Notes under the pieces: generated by a model
What the model was told of the DNA's origin: nothing
The model's input: only the letters and a program-made list of their open reading frames with translations
Database searches by the model: none
NCBI GenBank assembly: GCA_018267725.1
Contig: JAFDXY010000031.1
Span: 23,778 to 87,777 of the forward strand
Reading direction: 5' to 3'
Source of the DNA: Bacteroidota bacterium
GTDB taxonomy: Bacteria; Bacteroidota; Bacteroidia; Chitinophagales; Chitinophagaceae
DNA length: 64,000 nt
Program-made: the position numbers and the translations under genes
Shown: in pieces, positions 59,220-64,000 of the stretch
How the letters are laid out: every line of letters begins with the position of its first letter
How positions within the stretch are numbered: position 1 is the stretch's first letter

Positions 59220-59840
59220 TTATTTGGTAACTTTTTTTGCTGCAATAAAAACCAAATAAGTAAATGGAAATGCTGCCAACACATCAATACTATAATGTAC
59301 ATGTTGCATCAAAACCATTATTCCAATTGCCATTGATGCAATAAACGCTATTAGTTTTTCTATTTTTTTTTGAAGACATAAACCCATTAAAAACAAAGTA
59401 GAAGTGTGTCCGGAATAAAATAAATCTTTACTAATAAATTTTCCGCCATAAAAAATATTGGTGATAGGGTCTATTAACGGAATTAAACCTTGTGGCGGAT
59501 TTAAAGGAACTAAACTTATGGTAATTATTCTGGAAATATTTAAAAAAACATAACACCATAAAAACAGCAAAAACATTTTTGGATTATTAATGCATCTTAT
59601 AACTACTAAAACGGTTATAAACCAAATAGGTGTAAAAATAAAAAGAGATAAATCTGCCGGCGTTATTTTTTGTAACAACCAATCATTTAAAACGATACCT
59701 TGTCTGGTTTCTATATTTTTAAAAAAAAATGAATATTGTGAAAGAATAACAAGTAAAACAAATAAGCCCAACAACAACTTTTGTTTAAATAGTTTTTGTT
59801 GCCAGGCTTGCTTCCAAAGTATAGTTGCAGATTGCTTCAT
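59220..59840 (-). CDS. PAP2-superfamily membrane protein, sphingomyelin-synthase-like (PAP2_C) type
   Basis: 206 aa, polytopic, with YSGHTS and HYSIDV motifs (C2/C3 of lipid phosphate phosphatases). Confidence 0.7.
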   Translation of the reverse strand: MKQSATILWKQAWQQKLFKQKLLLGLFVLLVILSQYSFFFKNIETRQGIVLNDWLLQKITPADLSLFIFTPIWFITVLVVIRCINNPKMFLLFLWCYVFLNISRIITISLVPLNPPQGLIPLIDPITNIFYGGKFISKDLFYSGHTSTLFLMGLCLQKKIEKLIAFIASMAIGIMVLMQHVHYSIDVLAAFPFTYLVFIAAKKVTK

Positions 59841-59888
59841 TCAAATGCAATGATAAATTGTAATTATGAGGTATTGAAGTTTTTGTTC

Positions 59889-60188
59889 TTATTTCCGAAG
59901 CTTATACCATTCGGGCTTTCTTTTAAAATGGCTAAATGCTATTACAGAAATTGTATAAGTACTGGGCTCTATAACATATACTATTTCATAAGGAAATATT
60001 GTTAGCGATGCTGCTCTTAACTCGTTAGTAATTTTTGTTGTGTAAAAAGGGTTGAGAATTATTTTATTGGCAGTGTTATCAAAATCTTCAATCAATTTAA
60101 ATCCTAAACCAACGTTTTTTTCTTCATACCAAATAAATGCTTCGTCTAAATCAATCTGGGCAAAGTGTTGTATAATAAGTTTATACAT
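59889..60188 (-). CDS. Type II toxin-antitoxin system RelE/ParE-family toxin
   Basis: 99 aa. The N-terminal pattern (AQIDLDEAFIWYEEK...GLGFKLIEDF) is typical of ParE-like toxins. It sits 13 nt downstream of a small antitoxin-like ORF. Confidence 0.7.
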   Translation of the reverse strand: MYKLIIQHFAQIDLDEAFIWYEEKNVGLGFKLIEDFDNTANKIILNPFYTTKITNELRAASLTIFPYEIVYVIEPSTYTISVIAFSHFKRKPEWYKLRK

Positions 60189-60201
60189 TAAGGGAAGTTT
60201 A

Positions 60202-60414
60202 TTAGGGAAGATATTTTTTTCTTAACTCTTCCCATTCAACTCCTTCAGTAGGGTTTGTTTTATAGTATGCTAACCTTTCTTTGTATAAATCTGCTTTCCA
60301 TTTAGGAAGGTTGTTATTTTCAGGATGTAATGCAATACTTTCCATTAAGTCGGCTATAATTTCTTTTTTATCTTGCTCTGGTAATGCTATCAGTTCTTTT
60401 ATATTATAACTCAT
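60202..60414 (-). CDS. Putative addiction-module antitoxin component
   Basis: 70 aa with the pattern LPEQDKKEII..L..S.......LP.W......RL..Y......GV.WEEL, recalled from the addiction-module-component family. Confidence 0.65.
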   Translation of the reverse strand: MSYNIKELIALPEQDKKEIIADLMESIALHPENNNLPKWKADLYKERLAYYKTNPTEGVEWEELRKKYLP

Positions 60415-60497
60415 ACAAAAGGGTTTTGCTTAAAGATAAAATGATTTGTTGGTATTGTAAAACAATATTGAACAAATAACGTGGTGTATTTGATTTA

Positions 60498-60532
60498 AAC
60501 TTGTGCTTGTTGTTATAATACAAGCACAAGTT
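60498..60532. terminator. Strong hairpin downstream of nagB (terminator candidate)
   Basis: AACTTGTGCTTGT / ACAAGCACAAGTT form a 13-bp perfect stem with a 9-nt loop, 20 nt past the nagB stop. Confidence 0.6.
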
Positions 60533-60551
60533 GGAGTAATATTTTGGGGAA

Positions 60552-62477
60552 TTAATAATGCCATCTTACAAAAGCTTCCATGGCTGCATATTTGGTTAAA
60601 CCAAGGTTGGCGTAAAGATTAGCTGTGTTGGCATTTCTATCTTCGGCACGTTGCCAAAATTCTCGGTTATCTGTACCTTGAAACGGAACCATATCTTTTT
60701 GAGATTGATGTATAAAAATTCCAAATCGTTTTTTCATTACTTGGTCGGGGCTCATTGGTATTGCCATTTCAATATCTGCAATATCCCATTCTTGCCATGC
60801 ACCTTTGTATAACCAAACCCAACAATCTTTCACCCATTTTTCTCCATTGGCTTTTAAGCGTTTCATACTTTCAAAAATAATATCTAAACAAACTTTATGT
60901 GTTCCGTGTGGGTCTGCCAAATCTCCGGCACAATAAATTTGATGAGGTTTTAATTTGTTCAAAAATTCCATGGTTATTTTAATATCTTCTTCGCCCATAG
61001 GTTTTTTTTGAATGGTTCCTGTTTCGTAAAAAGGAAGGTTTAAGAAATGTGCATTTTCATCTTTTAAACCAACATAACGGCAGGTTGCTTTTGCTTCGCA
61101 TCTTCTTATTAAACCTTTTATATTTCTTATTTCAGATGTATCTACTTCATTTAATTTTTTTGTTGAAAGAAAGTTTCTTGCTTCGTTTAAAACATCTTCT
61201 GTTTTTTTATTATCAATTCCAAACATATTTTCAAAACCTACTGCAAAATCTAAAAAGCGGGTAACAAATTCGTCTGTAACGGCAATGTTTCCGCTGGTTT
61301 GATAACCTACGTGTACATCATGCCCTTGATCGTGTAAACGCATAAAAGTTCCGCCCATGCTAATAATATCATCATCAGGGTGCGGAGAAAATATTAAACA
61401 TTTTTTTGGATGTGGTGCACTTCTTTCAGGATGGTTGGGAATAACTGCATTGGGTTTTCCGCCGGGCCAACCTGTAATGCTATCGCGAAGCATATAATAT
61501 ACTTGCAAGTTTATTTCATAGGCTTCTCCTTTTTCAACCAATAAATCTCCTAAACCGTTTTCGTTATAATCTAATGTAGTTAAACTTAAAACGGGTTTGT
61601 TCATTTTTAATGCCATATGTGTTACGGCACGTTTAATGGTTTTTGCATCCCACTCAACCTCGCCGGTAAGCCACGGAGATTTTATTCTGGTTAATTCTGT
61701 TGCTGCGTTTTTATCTATAATAAAAGTACAATCGTTATGTTGTTGTAAAATGCTGGCAGGTATTTGTTCTGTTACAAAACCTTCAACACTTTTGGCTATT
61801 ATAGGTGCTTTCATTCCCCATGCCATTAATAAAATTCTTTTGGCTTTTAAAATGGTGTTTATGCCCATTGATATTGCCATACGTGGTACTTGCGAAATAT
61901 TTTGAAACTCGAATGAGTTGGCAATGCGTGTACTGTTTTCTAAACTTACTAATCTTGTTTTTGAATAAATGCTGCTGCCGGGCTCATTAAAACCAATATG
62001 TCCATTATTACCAATACCTAATATTTGTAAATCAATACCGCCTACTGCTTCAATTAATTGATCGTATTTCTGGCAATATTTTTTTATTTCTTCTTTTGGC
62101 CATTGCCCGTTGGGAATATGAATGTTTGCGGGGTCAATATCTACATGGTTAAATAAATGCCTATGCATAAAACTCCAATAGCTTTGCAGAGCTTCTTTTT
62201 GTAACGGATAGTATTCATCTAAATTAAAAGTGATAACATTTTTAAAACTTAAACCTTCTTCTTTGTGCATGCGTACTAATTCGGCATAAAGCGTAATGGG
62301 CGTAGATCCTGTGGCTAAACCTAATATACAGTCTTGCCCTTTTTTTTGTTTTTCTTTTATTAATGCAGCAATTTCTTTAGCTGCATGAATTGAGCCTTGT
62401 TTAGGGGTATCAAAAATTTTTACGGGAATTTTTTCGAAACTGTCAGAAAGATCGACGGATAATTTAGATTGAATCAT
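60552..62477 (-). CDS. nagB: Glucosamine-6-phosphate deaminase fused to a LmbE/PIG-L-like domain (long Bacteroidota NagB)
   Basis: 641 aa with an N-terminal LGLATGSTP / GIGNNGHIGFNEPGS deaminase domain and a C-terminal SPHPDDDIISMGG (PIG-L motif). Confidence 0.92.
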   Translation of the reverse strand: MIQSKLSVDLSDSFEKIPVKIFDTPKQGSIHAAKEIAALIKEKQKKGQDCILGLATGSTPITLYAELVRMHKEEGLSFKNVITFNLDEYYPLQKEALQSYWSFMHRHLFNHVDIDPANIHIPNGQWPKEEIKKYCQKYDQLIEAVGGIDLQILGIGNNGHIGFNEPGSSIYSKTRLVSLENSTRIANSFEFQNISQVPRMAISMGINTILKAKRILLMAWGMKAPIIAKSVEGFVTEQIPASILQQHNDCTFIIDKNAATELTRIKSPWLTGEVEWDAKTIKRAVTHMALKMNKPVLSLTTLDYNENGLGDLLVEKGEAYEINLQVYYMLRDSITGWPGGKPNAVIPNHPERSAPHPKKCLIFSPHPDDDIISMGGTFMRLHDQGHDVHVGYQTSGNIAVTDEFVTRFLDFAVGFENMFGIDNKKTEDVLNEARNFLSTKKLNEVDTSEIRNIKGLIRRCEAKATCRYVGLKDENAHFLNLPFYETGTIQKKPMGEEDIKITMEFLNKLKPHQIYCAGDLADPHGTHKVCLDIIFESMKRLKANGEKWVKDCWVWLYKGAWQEWDIADIEMAIPMSPDQVMKKRFGIFIHQSQKDMVPFQGTDNREFWQRAEDRNANTANLYANLGLTKYAAMEAFVRWHY

Positions 62478-62576
62478 GATTGCTTGCTTTTGCGTTGCGA
62501 AGATAAATTATCGCAATTATTTGTGTATTATTTTTAAGTGATTATATGTTTTTTTTGATTTTTTTCTTTTGAAAAT

Positions 62577-64000
62577 TTATTTCTTGCCAAAATAATTTAC
62601 TCCCCACATATTGTATCGTATTTTTTGAGTTTCAATTCTTCTTTTAAAATCGGCTTCATTTTTTTGTTCAGAAGGAGTCCATAAAACTTCGCTTAATGCA
62701 CTCATTCTTGGAAAAATCATGTATTCTAATTTTGAAATACTGCCAATATATTCTGTCCACACGTTTGCTTGTGCTCCTAAAACATATTTTTTATTTTCGT
62801 TATTTAATTCTTTAGGAACGGGGTCGTAACTATACACTTTTTCTAAACTTGTAAAACCGCCAATAGTTACACTATCTTCTTTTTGAGTTTGTGAATGATC
62901 AAAATAACACCAACCTCCGGGAGTCATTATTACATTGTGTTTTTGTTTAGCTGCTTCAATACCGCCTTGTTCTCCTCGCCAACTCATTACGGTTGCATTG
63001 GGTGCAAGACCTCCTTCTAAAATTTCATCCCAACCAATAATTTGCCTTCCTTTTGTATTTAAATATTTTTCTATACGTTGTATAAAATAACTTTGTAAAC
63101 CATGTTCATCTTTTAAACCTTTTTCTTTTATTAGTTGTTGGCAAAATGCAGAACGTTTCCAACTTTCTTTAGGGCATTCATCTCCACCAACATGAATATA
63201 TTTTGATGGGAACAATTGCATTACTTCATTTAAAACATTTTCTAAAAAATTAAAAGTATATTCTGTTGGTGCATATACATCTTCAAAAACACCCCATGTT
63301 TGTTGCACTTGTTTGGTAGTGCTGTCTCCATGCCATGCAGTTCTTGCATTGTGTTTGGTAGGCTCGTTAGGGAAACAACTTAATTCAGGATAAGCTGCAA
63401 TAGCAGCAGAAGAGTGGCCGGGCATTTCAATTTCAGGAATAACGGTTATAAATCTGTTGGCAGCATATTGCACAACTTCTTTTATTTGTTCTTGTGTATA
63501 ATATCCACCGTAATATTCTCCATCGTTTCCTTTGCCGGGGTAGCGGCCAATTATTGTTCCATTTCTAAAACCGCCAACTTGTGTTAATTTAGGATATTTT
63601 TTAATTTCTATTCTCCAACCTTGGTCGTCTGTTAAGTGCCAATGAAACGTATTCATTTTATGTAAGGCAATAAAATCTATATATTTTTTTATATAATCAA
63701 CGGGGAAAAAATGTCGGCTAACATCTAAATGCATTCCTCTGTAAGCAAAGCGTGGAGCATCTTCTATAGAAATAAAAGGAATGGGTAATTTATTGTTTTT
63801 AGTTGTTGGAAGTAATTGCAATAAACTTTGTACTCCATAAAAAGTTCCGTTTAATGAACTGCCTTGAATATGAATAGATGATTTGTTTACGGTTAAAGTA
63901 TAAGCTTCTTCATTATTGGGTTTACGCACAAAAACAGGCGTAGTTAAATTAATAAAATTTGAAGTTGCTTTGGTAACTTGTTTTAATTTAAAACCATAAA
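62577..64000 (-). CDS. Beta-N-acetylhexosaminidase (GH20), N-terminus beyond the right edge
   Basis: The frame stays open upstream of the ORF-track GTG start to the window end (...YGFKLKQVTKATSNFINLTTPVFVRKPNNEE). Catalytic motifs are HWHLTDDQGWR and HVGGDE. Confidence 0.92.
   Translation of the reverse strand, partial: YGFKLKQVTKATSNFINLTTPVFVRKPNNEEAYTLTVNKSSIHIQGSSLNGTFYGVQSLLQLLPTTKNNKLPIPFISIEDAPRFAYRGMHLDVSRHFFPVDYIKKYIDFIALHKMNTFHWHLTDDQGWRIEIKKYPKLTQVGGFRNGTIIGRYPGKGNDGEYYGGYYTQEQIKEVVQYAANRFITVIPEIEMPGHSSAAIAAYPELSCFPNEPTKHNARTAWHGDSTTKQVQQTWGVFEDVYAPTEYTFNFLENVLNEVMQLFPSKYIHVGGDECPKESWKRSAFCQQLIKEKGLKDEHGLQSYFIQRIEKYLNTKGRQIIGWDEILEGGLAPNATVMSWRGEQGGIEAAKQKHNVIMTPGGWCYFDHSQTQKEDSVTIGGFTSLEKVYSYDPVPKELNNENKKYVLGAQANVWTEYIGSISKLEYMIFPRMSALSEVLWTPSEQKNEADFKRRIETQKIRYNMWGVNYFGKK

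Noticed and set aside
1-64000. Search for rRNA, tRNA, CRISPR arrays, transposases, integrases or prophage genes anywhere in the window
   Set aside because: I found no tRNA-like cloverleaf-capable GC-rich segments, no regularly spaced short repeats, and no ORF with recombinase or transposase motifs. This is absence by eye only; tRNAscan, Infernal and ISfinder would be decisive.

Overview
This 64-kb window is a low-GC chromosomal segment that looks Bacteroidota-like, probably Chitinophagia or Sphingobacteriia. The evidence is gene content (b558-type sdhCAB, a long NagB-LmbE fusion, DUF4954/DUF4349/DUF1684 families), TAnnTTTG-type promoter boxes and the lack of Shine-Dalgarno sequences. I support about 55 protein-coding genes, most of them housekeeping: tsaD fragment, sdhCAB, glmS, guaA, ddl, ispD, a 2-oxoacid dehydrogenase E2, cinA, dacB, ychF, ribH, pdhA, nagB and a GH20 hexosaminidase. 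Envelope and efflux genes are also present, including a heavy-metal RND pump read in frame into its TolC-like partner. I recognised no rRNA, tRNA, CRISPR array, transposase or integrase. The most interesting locus is a 2.2-kb single-gene cassette at about 25.8-28.2 kb, bracketed by roughly 90-bp imperfect direct repeats. It encodes a 650-aa protein combining an unknown N-terminal domain, a PIN-like nuclease signature, a coiled coil and three C-terminal transmembrane helices, followed by an unusually GC-rich structured non-coding tail. I propose it as a candidate undescribed defence or abortive-infection-type module. Other observations are a 20-37-nt motif (TTGCGTCGCACACTTGTAC) found in three intergenic regions, lipoprotein genes embedded in the sdh operon, a ParE-type toxin-antitoxin pair, and several unusual domain extensions. 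All functional calls come from reading the translated ORFs and recalling family motifs; no database search was run.
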